This document shows, piece by piece, positions 27,684 through 37,441 of a stretch of 64,000 bases of DNA; the first letter of the stretch is position 1, and each line of letters begins with the position of its first letter. Origin of the DNA: Clostridia bacterium (lineage in GTDB: Bacteria > Bacillota > Clostridia > Christensenellales > Aristaeellaceae); contig JAUNQH010000005.1 in assembly GCA_030536295.1 (NCBI GenBank), positions 898 to 64,897 of the forward strand, written 5' to 3'. A model generated the notes under the pieces. That model was not told where the DNA came from and made no database searches. It saw nothing but the letters and a program-made list of their open reading frames with translations. The position numbers were made by a program, and so were the translations under genes.

Positions 27684-28835
27684 TCAAACCAGCCACTCCG
27701 CGGGAATGGACTCAGCCATATGCTCCGCTCCGGCCAGGGAAGGATGCAGTCCGTCATTAAGGGCATAGACCGGAAGCAAGCATCTGTTTTCTTTCGGATC
27801 GGTAAGCAATTCGGAAAAATCCATATAGCCGTCCGCTTCCGTATTGCTCCGGATCCATGCATTAACCTGTTGACGGAGCTGCTCTTTTTCATCTGTGTAA
27901 GAGCACCATTTACCGAAGGGCGTGATCGTTCCGATCTTTATCCACAGACCATGTTCTTTTGAGATCCGGACATACTCCCGCAGACCGTTGATCAGTTCCT
28001 CCGCCGTCGGAAGATCTGAAGGTGAACGGAAAAAATTGCCGGCTTCCGGATGAATCAGATCATTGACCCCATGAAGCACGATGACACCGCTGACACCTTC
28101 CGTTAATTCCAGATCATGCAAAAAACGATCTATGCCCCGCCGCCCGTAGTGAACATTCTCCAGATGGGTATACTCCCGCAATACACGGTTTCCTCCGATA
28201 GCCCGACGCACGATCGCGATATGTTCAATATCGTCCCGCAGTATTCTCTTTGTCAGATGTTCGGGCCAGGACTGCTGCGTGATGGAGTCACCAAAGACCA
28301 TGATGGCTTTATTCTGAGAGTTGGTCAATACATCGACCGTGTTCAGAAAGTAAAAAGTAGCGATTGGCTTGCTGACCTCGGCTGGAAAGATCAACTTATC
28401 GGAGTATCTTCCTCTGGCAAAATACCCGATCGTCAGCGGGCCGGAAGTGGAGACACCGGAACCCATATCGGTATATCCGTTCAGATAGAAGCTTACCGAT
28501 ATCTGTTCTCCGCGTCTGACCGGAAAGTACAGTGCATCGCTTTTTCTGATCTCACCCGGTACAAGATGAAGCTCCCGTTTTCCGTCAAAGGTCACGTTCG
28601 AAACGGAATCTTTGCGCACATTTCTGTTTGAACCGGAATCGGTTTTCGCTACAGTAACGGTGCTGATGACCGCTTCTTCATATCCATCGAAGTTAGAAAA
28701 GGTGAGTCGGATCATCTCTCCGTCCATGGACGGCGTGATCACATAGCGCAGAGTGAGATCCCTGGCATAGCGTTCAGGGTTTTCTTCTGGTCTGGACAAA
28801 GCATTTCCCCAAATTGATACCCACTTTTTTTCCAT
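27684..28835 (-). CDS. SGNH/GDSL hydrolase
   Basis: FGDSIT, IGGNRVL, HGVND, DGLHP. Confidence 0.9.
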   Translation of the reverse strand: MEKKWVSIWGNALSRPEENPERYARDLTLRYVITPSMDGEMIRLTFSNFDGYEEAVISTVTVAKTDSGSNRNVRKDSVSNVTFDGKRELHLVPGEIRKSDALYFPVRRGEQISVSFYLNGYTDMGSGVSTSGPLTIGYFARGRYSDKLIFPAEVSKPIATFYFLNTVDVLTNSQNKAIMVFGDSITQQSWPEHLTKRILRDDIEHIAIVRRAIGGNRVLREYTHLENVHYGRRGIDRFLHDLELTEGVSGVIVLHGVNDLIHPEAGNFFRSPSDLPTAEELINGLREYVRISKEHGLWIKIGTITPFGKWCSYTDEKEQLRQQVNAWIRSNTEADGYMDFSELLTDPKENRCLLPVYALNDGLHPSLAGAEHMAESIPAEWLV

Positions 28836-28885
28836 AGTCTGCTCTCCTTCAGATCGCTTTGGCATGCCTGAATGAAAACAAAGCT

Positions 28886-31003
28886 TCAGCTTTGAAGAGA
28901 CATCCGGTACTGCAACGGTGTAACGTTGGTTTCGGCTTTAAACACGCGAATGAAGTAACTGGAAGAGGAAAAACCGCATTGTGATGCGATATCCTGGATG
29001 CTGTCCTGTGAAAAGCCCAAAAGCTGCTTGGCCTGTTCCAGACGAACATGAGTCAGGTAGCGTTTGAAGGTCATGTTAGTTTGATCCCGGATCAGTTTTG
29101 TGATCGTGTATTCTGACAGATTGAAGCAATCGATGATATCCGGGATGCCGAATGTCTCATTGCTCAGGTTATCGTTGATGAACTGGATGATAGATTCTCC
29201 GTATTCGTGTTCAGCTTTTGTTTCAACTACGGGACCGCTTCCGATTATATCACCCAGTTCCTCCAGAAACCGGACACGGGCGGCTTTTATCTCTTCTTCT
29301 GTCATACATTTCAGATAATCGGAAAGATGAATGGAATACCCATATTGCTTAAGAATGCCGCCAAGCTGCTCAATTGTTTTACAGTAACTGTGCCAGTAAT
29401 ACAGAAATGAAGGTGTAATATGATCAAGTGTTTTGAAGATGCGAGCGACAGTATCGACACAGGAAGCGTCATTTGCGATGATCTGTGCGCGGAAGAGCTC
29501 AACATCACGCGGATCGGATATGCTGTCTGTATCCTGACTATCCGTAACGGATTCCGAATTCTTGTTCATATTAAGCAGGGCATCCAGAAAGGAACGATGC
29601 AGGTATTTGGTATTTGTACAGATGCTTCCGATCGCCAGTTCAACCCTGCTTCCAAAGTGGTCATTGAACCATTTCCGGAATTCCTCTTCCATATTGTCCA
29701 TATCCGCGGAACCGACGATCATCACCAGCTGCCCCGAACGGAACTGTTCATAGGGTAGAATATGACCGGTGGAATTCAGAATACGGATCGTTTCATTGAT
29801 ATCGGAAAACCGGGAAAGAGGAGAGATGGCAACAAAATGGTACGGATCATCATCATCCGGGTAGTCGATCTGTTCGGTAGGTATACCCAGCAGGAGCATT
29901 TCTATGCTGTGCAGTCTGATCTGCTCTTTTTCGCTGTCGAGCTCAGCACGCAGCTCAGTTTCAAGTGTTTCCTTGCGGGCGATATATTTCGTGATGCTTG
30001 ATATCTCGTCTGAATTTTCATTGGAACCGGTCTGATTTACGATCTGATTCAGCGGTTTATAGGTAAAAAGGATGAAAAACGCAATCATCCCGGCGCAAAG
30101 AATGGCAGAAACTATACCGAAACGGGTCAAGGCTTTTGAATACCCGGAAAACAGCCCGGAGTATGTGGTTTCAGGCATCCGGAGCGTAACGGAGAACCTG
30201 CCGGGATTGTCATAAGTGAAGCAATGAGCGTCTTCACTGGTACTTGCAGTGTAGATACAGGTTCCTTTATAGGATATGCTGTCGATCTCATACAGGCTGC
30301 CGAGAACACCATGGAATGCCTTATCGATGCTTTGCTGATTGATGATGAATACCGCAGCACGGCGATTTTCAGAACTTGAACGGATATAAATGGGCGTAAT
30401 ATAGACTGTTTTCTGAGATGAAAGCAGGGCCTGTGTTGTGAAGAATCTTCCTTCCGAAAAGGAACCAAGCTCTTCAACAAATGCTGTCTGATCAAGCTCG
30501 GGAAGGTATAAACGACAATAAACGGCAGCGGGGATCGTACCGTAATAATCACCGAATTTACTCTTTTCTGAATAACTTGCGTAAAGAAATTTGTCACTGG
30601 CATGATAATAGATGCTGATATGACCCAACAGAGGCATACTTACGGCATAACCATTCAGCATATCGATAGCGGAAGCCGTACTTATTCTGCTGTCCTTATC
30701 TGCTGTGAAATATGAGCTGATCACGGATTCATAGGTATAGGAAGTTTCAATGCATTTGCGGCCGATCTCTTCAAACAGAGATACATAATCCGTCAGTGTT
30801 TCATCAATTGACTTGGCAAGTGCCTGCACATTGTTTTCTGTCGTTTCCTGCAGCTGGCTGTAACTTCTGTTGGAAATGATCAGGGTAGACAGTACAGAAG
30901 TAAGACACAGCAGCATAAGACCGATGCAGATCATCTGAAACAGAAACCGGTGTTTGATGAAGAAACCGGTCCGGTTTGATTTTTTCCTGTCTGATATATG
31001 CAT
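28886..31003 (-). CDS. AraC family regulator with N-terminal membrane-anchored sensor region (YesS-like)
   Basis: Two TM segments; C-terminal RLEQAKQLL...IASQCGFSSSSYFIRVFK...TPLQYR; divergent from the sugar ABC operon. Confidence 0.9.
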   Translation of the reverse strand: MHISDRKKSNRTGFFIKHRFLFQMICIGLMLLCLTSVLSTLIISNRSYSQLQETTENNVQALAKSIDETLTDYVSLFEEIGRKCIETSYTYESVISSYFTADKDSRISTASAIDMLNGYAVSMPLLGHISIYYHASDKFLYASYSEKSKFGDYYGTIPAAVYCRLYLPELDQTAFVEELGSFSEGRFFTTQALLSSQKTVYITPIYIRSSSENRRAAVFIINQQSIDKAFHGVLGSLYEIDSISYKGTCIYTASTSEDAHCFTYDNPGRFSVTLRMPETTYSGLFSGYSKALTRFGIVSAILCAGMIAFFILFTYKPLNQIVNQTGSNENSDEISSITKYIARKETLETELRAELDSEKEQIRLHSIEMLLLGIPTEQIDYPDDDDPYHFVAISPLSRFSDINETIRILNSTGHILPYEQFRSGQLVMIVGSADMDNMEEEFRKWFNDHFGSRVELAIGSICTNTKYLHRSFLDALLNMNKNSESVTDSQDTDSISDPRDVELFRAQIIANDASCVDTVARIFKTLDHITPSFLYYWHSYCKTIEQLGGILKQYGYSIHLSDYLKCMTEEEIKAARVRFLEELGDIIGSGPVVETKAEHEYGESIIQFINDNLSNETFGIPDIIDCFNLSEYTITKLIRDQTNMTFKRYLTHVRLEQAKQLLGFSQDSIQDIASQCGFSSSSYFIRVFKAETNVTPLQYRMSLQS

Positions 31004-31275
31004 AAGGGATCTCCTTTCAGAGACTGAAACATATTATAGCGTTTATAATATAATTTATAGGAAAACAATGTATAAAATCAATATCACTTTTGGCTGATAC
31101 AGCTCCAATCGTTCATAAAAGTGCTATTTATGCTGTTTCGGCTGATTTCTTTTTTTTATGATTGACGGAAATTCGGCGGACAAATAAAGTTGTCGTCGTA
31201 GAGGATAACGGCTTAAGAGCCGATCACACGAGCCGAGGGCACAGACCGGCAATAAGGACAGGCGGAGGATATACT

Positions 31276-32226
31276 GTGAAAGTTAAGTCGTCATTATCGG
31301 TCAGACAAGTTCCATTGAAAGTCAGAATGTGGAACGCACGTTATCTTTATCTTCTTCTGTTGGTACCTTTGGTTTGGTATGTGATCTTCCAGTATATCCC
31401 GATGGCCGGTATCGGAATGGCATTTGAGAAATACCGTTTCAATAAAGGTCTGTTTGGAAGTCCATGGGTCGGCCTCAAACATTTCGAACGTTTGTTCAAT
31501 ACACCTCAGTTCCTTACCGCTCTGAAGAACACGCTCGTCATCAGTCTCACGCGCCTTGTTGTGGAATTTCCTGTTCCTGTGATCCTGGCGGTCATGCTCA
31601 CGGAAATGCGGTTTACCCGTACCGCGAAGATCTATCAGACAGTACTGACCCTGCCGCACTTTCTAACCTGGATCATTCTTGCCGCTATTTTCGGAAACCT
31701 GCTCAACAGCGATGGTGTCATCAATACGATGATCATGAATCTGGGCGGACAGCGGGTCAAATTCTTCACAGACGGCGGCATATACAGAGCTTTTCTGTAT
31801 CTTTCATCAATCTGGAAAGGTGCGGGCTGGAGCGCCATCATGTATATGGCTGTCATTACCGGTATCGATCCCGCCTTGTATGAGGCAGCTACTTTGGACG
31901 GAGCTTCACGTATGCAGCGTATTCTTTATGTGACGCTGCCGCATCTGAAAGAAATCTTTGTGGTCATGCTGGTGCTGAAGATCGGCACTCTGATGAACGG
32001 AGATTTCGAGCAGATCTTCACCACATACAACGCGTCCGTATACAATGTGGCGGATACTATCGATACTTATGTTTACCGCATCACCTTCGAGAAGACCCCC
32101 GATTACTCGTTCTCTACCGCCGTCGGTCTGTTTAAGTCGGTCGTCAACTTCATTCTGCTGTTCGGCTCCGATCGGTTGGCAAAGAGGATCAGCGGTTCAG
32201 GCTTGTTTGGAGGTAGCGAACAATGA
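31276..32226 (+). CDS. carbohydrate ABC permease (LplB/YteP-like)
   Basis: GTG after ggagg; SPWVGLKHF, LPHFL, LYEAATLDGA, IDTYVY. Confidence 0.92.
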   Translation: MKVKSSLSVRQVPLKVRMWNARYLYLLLLVPLVWYVIFQYIPMAGIGMAFEKYRFNKGLFGSPWVGLKHFERLFNTPQFLTALKNTLVISLTRLVVEFPVPVILAVMLTEMRFTRTAKIYQTVLTLPHFLTWIILAAIFGNLLNSDGVINTMIMNLGGQRVKFFTDGGIYRAFLYLSSIWKGAGWSAIMYMAVITGIDPALYEAATLDGASRMQRILYVTLPHLKEIFVVMLVLKIGTLMNGDFEQIFTTYNASVYNVADTIDTYVYRITFEKTPDYSFSTAVGLFKSVVNFILLFGSDRLAKRISGSGLFGGSEQ

Positions 32227-33107
32227 AAAAGAAAGAGCTGAAGGCGAAAGAAAACCAGAAGATCGAAAAGACGGACATCATCCTTCTCGTTATCCTTTCC
32301 ATCTGGTGCCTGATCATTATTTTCCCGTTCTATGAAGCTGTGATGGCATCGCTTGTAGACGGAACGGCATTCGCGAGGAACCCGCTGATCATCATTCCCG
32401 ATAAAGTGATCTTTGACAACTATCAGGTTATTTTCGACTTTACCAATCTGCTGTCCGGTTATAAAAACACCCTGATCGTGGTCCTTCTTGGCGTCCCGAT
32501 CCAGCTGCTGATGACGGTGGCGACAGGTTATGTGTTCTCCCAGGAGTTTCCCGGAAAGAAATGGTTGTTTAAACTGATGATCTTTACCATGTTCTTCAGC
32601 GGAGGCGTTATTCCAAAGTACATCCTGATGCGCAATCTGGGACTCATGAATTCGTACTGGCCCACGATCCTGGTCGCCGCTGTTTCCACCTATTACATGA
32701 TCATTATCAAGGGTTCCTTCGAATCCATGCCCCCGGCACTGAAGGAAGCGGCTGTGATCGACGGAGCTACCGACATTCAGGTACTGTTTAAGATCTATCT
32801 TCCCCTGCAGATGCCCATGCTGGCTACTTTTACCCTGTTCTTCACGGTGGATCTCTGGAACAGCTGGTACTGGCCGATGATCACCATGAGCGAACCCAAA
32901 TTACAGGTGCTGCCGGTCATCCTGCGCCAGGTCTGCAATACGGCACAGAATGTGTCCGAGTATGGTGACGCGTCCATTACCGAATCATTCGGTACCGGTA
33001 TCAAGATGGCCGCGACTGTGCTGACCATGCTGCCGATCATGTGCTTCTATCCATTCCTCCAGAAGTACTTCGTTAAGGGTGTTATGGTCGGCTCCATCAA
33101 AATGTAA
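32223..33107 (+). CDS. carbohydrate ABC permease (LplC/YtcP-like)
   Basis: MFFSGGVIP, EAAVIDGA, YPFLQKYFVKG. Confidence 0.92.
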   Translation: MKKKELKAKENQKIEKTDIILLVILSIWCLIIIFPFYEAVMASLVDGTAFARNPLIIIPDKVIFDNYQVIFDFTNLLSGYKNTLIVVLLGVPIQLLMTVATGYVFSQEFPGKKWLFKLMIFTMFFSGGVIPKYILMRNLGLMNSYWPTILVAAVSTYYMIIIKGSFESMPPALKEAAVIDGATDIQVLFKIYLPLQMPMLATFTLFFTVDLWNSWYWPMITMSEPKLQVLPVILRQVCNTAQNVSEYGDASITESFGTGIKMAATVLTMLPIMCFYPFLQKYFVKGVMVGSIKM

Positions 33108-33165
33108 GTATATTCAGCTTGGAACAAAGCTAGAATATAAATTTAGAAAGGATTGGTGAAACACT

Positions 33166-34728
33166 ATGACCAGGAAACTCATTTCTCTGCTCCTCGCCCT
33201 TGCAATGCTCTGCTCTGTGTGCGTCTTCGCTACCGCGGAAAACACCGAGTATGCCGAGCATCTGGAAATCAGCATCGGTACTGCTTCCGCACTGTCCGAT
33301 GATTCTTGGGCCAGCAACTACTTCAACAAGATGATTGAAGAAAAGTTCAATGTTACCTTCGTTCCTTATTCCTCTGCCGCTGATTTTGATCAGGTGACCA
33401 ACCTGTGGATCTCCACCGGTGATATGCCTGAATGGATCACTGCCGGTATCGACCTGGAAGGCATGATGGAATACGCCGATCAGGGCATGCTGGCCGGCCT
33501 GCCCGAGGGCTGGGAAGAAAGATATCCCGCTCTGGCCAAGGAAGTAAAAGCTACCGGACTGGAAGCTTACTGCACCGATGAAAACGGCGTCTGGTACATT
33601 CTGCCCCGTGTCGTCTTCTCTCCCAACTTCCCGCTGGACTTCGCGGAAAATGCTACTGACCACGTGACTCAGTACTACCGCACTGACTGGGTTGAAGAAG
33701 CCATCCCCGAAATGATCACTCTGGCGGACCTCAAGACTGTTATTGAAAAGGTTATTGCCGATAAGGCTGCTGCCGGTGAAAAGGTCTACGGTGTGTCCAC
33801 CACTACCGATAAGATGATCCAGCTGTTTGTTGGCAGCGAAGTTCCTTACTACAAGCAGATCATCCCCGGTGACGGTCAGTACGTCCTGTCTGCCACTCAG
33901 TCCGGTGTTGTGGAAGGCATCAAGAATTTCAAGACCTGGTATCAGGAAGGTCTGATCGATCCCGACTTCTTCAGCCGTGAGACCGCTGATACCCGTAACA
34001 TCTTCTTTGTTGGCGGCAGTTTCATGACTGTCAACGATGGTGCTCCCGCCCATGCCAATGTGCTGGGTACCGGTCTGAAGGATGCCAATGCTGAAATGAC
34101 TGATGCTCCCGCTATGGACACCTTCAATGTTCTCGCTTCCAACGGCACCGATTATTTCGCCAAGTGGTCCGGAACATTCTGGCGTACCCTGGTCTTCAGC
34201 CCCGAACTGGAAAACGAACCTGAAAAGTTCGAACGCATCCTGGCCATCATCGACTATCTGGCTCAGCCCGAATGTGTTGTTCAGCTGCGTCTGGGTGAAC
34301 AGGGCGTCAATTGGGACTATGACGAAAACGGCAGAACCTATGTGATCTCCGCTTACGAATACAACGATGGTACCGGCGCCAACATGCTGTACCATCTGAG
34401 CCCCTCTTCTCAGGATGCTTACGGCTACGGATTCAATCCCTCCATCCCCGGTTGGGCGGTAGATATGTCTGTTGGTCAGATGTCCGCCAAGGGTGCGAAC
34501 CTGTCTGTTGATAAGATGCCCACCAGTGCCGAAATGACTGTTTTCGACCGTTGGACCGGCGACAACAAGACTGCTTACTCTCAGATCGGTTGGGATGACG
34601 AAATCGTTCGCATCGTTCTGGATGACAGCATCACCCTGGATCAGGTTGAAACCGAATGGAACAAATTCATTGAAGCTAACAGCGGACTGTGGCAGCCCCT
34701 GCTGGATGAAATGAACGCCGCTAAGTAA
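33166..34728 (+). CDS. carbohydrate ABC substrate-binding protein
   Basis: Signal peptide; IEEKFNV, STGDMPE, WYQEGLIDPDF. Confidence 0.88.
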   Translation: MTRKLISLLLALAMLCSVCVFATAENTEYAEHLEISIGTASALSDDSWASNYFNKMIEEKFNVTFVPYSSAADFDQVTNLWISTGDMPEWITAGIDLEGMMEYADQGMLAGLPEGWEERYPALAKEVKATGLEAYCTDENGVWYILPRVVFSPNFPLDFAENATDHVTQYYRTDWVEEAIPEMITLADLKTVIEKVIADKAAAGEKVYGVSTTTDKMIQLFVGSEVPYYKQIIPGDGQYVLSATQSGVVEGIKNFKTWYQEGLIDPDFFSRETADTRNIFFVGGSFMTVNDGAPAHANVLGTGLKDANAEMTDAPAMDTFNVLASNGTDYFAKWSGTFWRTLVFSPELENEPEKFERILAIIDYLAQPECVVQLRLGEQGVNWDYDENGRTYVISAYEYNDGTGANMLYHLSPSSQDAYGYGFNPSIPGWAVDMSVGQMSAKGANLSVDKMPTSAEMTVFDRWTGDNKTAYSQIGWDDEIVRIVLDDSITLDQVETEWNKFIEANSGLWQPLLDEMNAAK

Positions 34729-34767
34729 GATTGACGTAAATACTCTGAATTAATGCGTTAGCATTGA

Positions 34768-34800
34768 ACAGGGCTGCGCTGCTTGCAGCGTAGCCCTGTC
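34768..34800 (+). terminator. stem-loop after the SBP gene
   Basis: acagggctgcgctg...cagcgtagccctgt. Confidence 0.55.
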
Positions 34801-34832
34801 CTTGCGTCATAACATTCCCGGAACAGGAGATA

Positions 34833-35900
34833 ATGATAATGTATAGCTATGGTGATAAACTGACGAGCCGGCTTGTTAAAGAAATGGCCAGGGAATACGG
34901 AGCGGATCTGTGCGGAATTGCTTCCATGGATCGGTTCGAAGGCGCGCCGAAACAGAACGATCCGCGTTATATCTTTCCGGCTGCCAAGTCCATGATCGTT
35001 CTCGGATACCGTGTACACAGAGGAACGTTCCGCGGAATCGAAGAAGGAACGCACTTTATCGACTATGCTTCTATGGGATATGCCGCCATCAATCAGGTGG
35101 AAGGTCCCATGACCCTTTGGAAAATGGCGTCCGACATTGAAGATATGGGTTGGGAAGCAGTGCCGATCATGAACATTAACGGCGGTGAAGCTGTTAACAC
35201 CGTGACCGGTAATTTCCGTGAACACTGGAGCGTGCCGGTCGAGGAAGGTAAACCCTATCCGGACGTGCTTATTCATTTCCGTTTCGCGGCCTATCTTGCC
35301 GGCCTTGGGGAGATCGGCTGGAGCGGTGTTTTCCTGACTCCGGAATTCGGTCCCAGGGTACGTTTCAACCTGATTCTGACCGATGCTGAACTGGAACCCG
35401 ATCCGGTTATGGCTCCCGGAACGCTGTGCAATCGCTGCAAGCAGTGCGTAAGACATTGCAACGGTGCCATCTCCGATACGGAAACGGTGAAGGTCAATCT
35501 TGGCGGATATGAGGTGGAGTACGCGAAGCTTGATCCGCTCAAATGCGAGTACGGTCTCAAGTACGGCTGTGACGATACTGCCTGCCCCTTCGAAGTCGAA
35601 TATCCTCATGTGTACGGATACGGGCGTGCTGTTGAAGGCGGACGCGGCTGTATGAGAGCCTGTATGGTATCCCTTGAACAGCGCGGCGTGCTGACGAACC
35701 GGTTCCATAACAAGTTCAGGACTAAACCCGAATGGAAGGTACATCTGGACGAGGAACATCCCTATCCCGAGTATATCAGGAAGGAATATATCGAGACAGG
35801 AAAAGCGGAAGACGCGCAGGCCTATATTGATTACAACGAGAACGAGAATTTCGGGAACAAGGGGCGTGAAAGAAAATTCAGCGCCCAGCAGACTGATTGA
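34833..35900 (+). CDS. QueG/reductive-dehalogenase-like Fe-S protein (probably cobalamin-binding)
   Basis: GADLCGIA, AAYLAGLGEIGWSG.FLTPEFGPRVRF.LILTDAELEPDP, CNRCKQCVRHC, GCMRAC. Confidence 0.8.
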   Translation: MIMYSYGDKLTSRLVKEMAREYGADLCGIASMDRFEGAPKQNDPRYIFPAAKSMIVLGYRVHRGTFRGIEEGTHFIDYASMGYAAINQVEGPMTLWKMASDIEDMGWEAVPIMNINGGEAVNTVTGNFREHWSVPVEEGKPYPDVLIHFRFAAYLAGLGEIGWSGVFLTPEFGPRVRFNLILTDAELEPDPVMAPGTLCNRCKQCVRHCNGAISDTETVKVNLGGYEVEYAKLDPLKCEYGLKYGCDDTACPFEVEYPHVYGYGRAVEGGRGCMRACMVSLEQRGVLTNRFHNKFRTKPEWKVHLDEEHPYPEYIRKEYIETGKAEDAQAYIDYNENENFGNKGRERKFSAQQTD

Positions 35901-35901
35901 T

Positions 35902-36876
35902 ATGAAATTTGCTGTCGGATATTATCGGAATGATGAGATGGAACGTCCGTTCCTGTATACTTTGGAAACGTTTGGCAGCCGGATCGCGGAAATGTATTTT
36001 CCGTGGCCCGGCATTGCCAGCGGAAGAACAGCGATATGGACTGTAGAGGATATAGCGAATCTGACAGACGCTCTTGTTTATGCCAAGGAAAACGGTATCG
36101 GATTGGATCTTCTGTTCAACGCGAACTGCTACGGCGATAATGCCATATCAAAGGCACTTGAAAGTACAGTGATCCGCACGGTTCAGGATATCTCTGCCCA
36201 GGCGGGCGGACCGGATACGATCACGACTACATCACCCGCTGTGGCGCATATCGTGAAAATGCATTTTCCGCATATTAAGGTACGGGCGTCCATCAATATG
36301 CAGATCCGCAATCCGGAAAGCTGCCTCCCTCTGTTTGATCTGTTTGATGAGTTCTATCTTCCGAAAGAATGTAATTATTCGCCGGAATCGATCGATCGCT
36401 GGAAGGAAACGCTGGGGGACCACCCTCTTTATATGCTGGCCAACAGTGGCTGTATGCCATACTGTCCCGGGCAGATATTCCATGACAACATGGTGGCCCA
36501 TGAAACCGGTATCGCGGAAAAGCAGAACATGACCGGATGGATACCCTATGTTTGCTGGAACTGGTATAAAAAGCATCCGGAAAAGCTTATCGGCGGAACA
36601 TGGGTGCGACCTGAAGATCTGTCCGCTTATGAAAAATGGTTTTCTGTTGTCAAACTGGCAACAAGGATCAATCAGCATCCTTTCCGAACGGTCAGCGCCT
36701 ATGTGCAAGGGAGCTTCCGGGGAAATATCCTTAATCTGATGGAGCCGGATCATTCTTCCGTCCTGCAGGGTGCCTGGCTGGATAATACCGCATTCCCGGC
36801 CGAATGGCTGCAGAACCGCTGGAAAGGGATATGCCCGGATGAAAGTACATTTGAAAAGGTTTATCTGAAGCTGTAA
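35902..36876 (+). CDS. peptidase U32-like (Fe-S, UbiU/V/TrhP superfamily) protein
   Basis: LLFNANCYG, KVRASINM, LANSGCMPYCP..FH, YVCW, VKLATR; starts 1 nt after the upstream stop. Confidence 0.65.
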   Translation: MKFAVGYYRNDEMERPFLYTLETFGSRIAEMYFPWPGIASGRTAIWTVEDIANLTDALVYAKENGIGLDLLFNANCYGDNAISKALESTVIRTVQDISAQAGGPDTITTTSPAVAHIVKMHFPHIKVRASINMQIRNPESCLPLFDLFDEFYLPKECNYSPESIDRWKETLGDHPLYMLANSGCMPYCPGQIFHDNMVAHETGIAEKQNMTGWIPYVCWNWYKKHPEKLIGGTWVRPEDLSAYEKWFSVVKLATRINQHPFRTVSAYVQGSFRGNILNLMEPDHSSVLQGAWLDNTAFPAEWLQNRWKGICPDESTFEKVYLKL

Positions 36877-37000
36877 AAGGCTTTAAGGAGGCATGTGAAT
36901 GAAGCGTCTGACACTGCCTCCTGTTTCCTGTATCTGTTTATTTATGAATCACTCAGGAAAGGAGTGAACGGCTGCGATTACAGCCGCTCAAAAAGGGAGT

Positions 37001-37357
37001 ATGGCCCAGGAGTCTCCTGTTGCGATCACCGGTTTTCAGGGTGAAGATTTCAAACGTCTGGTGGAATACGGCGAATGGAGCGTAGCGTTTCTACGGTACG
37101 CAGAGCGATTTTCGCATCTGACATATTTTGAACGGCATCTTCTGACTGACGAAGTATTCGTGCTGCTGAACGGAAGTGCCACATTGTTCATACGTACCGA
37201 TGAAGGCATCCGGAAGCTTTCTATGGAAAAAGAGATGGTCTATAATGTGCGCCGCGGTGTATGGCATCAGATCCTGGTATCGGAGGATGCCACCGTTCTT
37301 GTGGTTGAGAACAGAAACACCGCGAAAGAAAATACGGAAAAAGATCCGGTGGTATGA
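37001..37357 (+). CDS. cupin-fold protein
   Basis: ERHLLTDEVFVLLNGSA...YNVRRGVWH. Confidence 0.75.
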   Translation: MAQESPVAITGFQGEDFKRLVEYGEWSVAFLRYAERFSHLTYFERHLLTDEVFVLLNGSATLFIRTDEGIRKLSMEKEMVYNVRRGVWHQILVSEDATVLVVENRNTAKENTEKDPVV

Positions 37358-37441
37358 TGTGCTGAAAGCAGCCACAGCTTGTTTCACATGTGTTGCCGGT
37401 CAATATAGAGACTCGAATAATCCACAAACGGAGGTTGTAAA

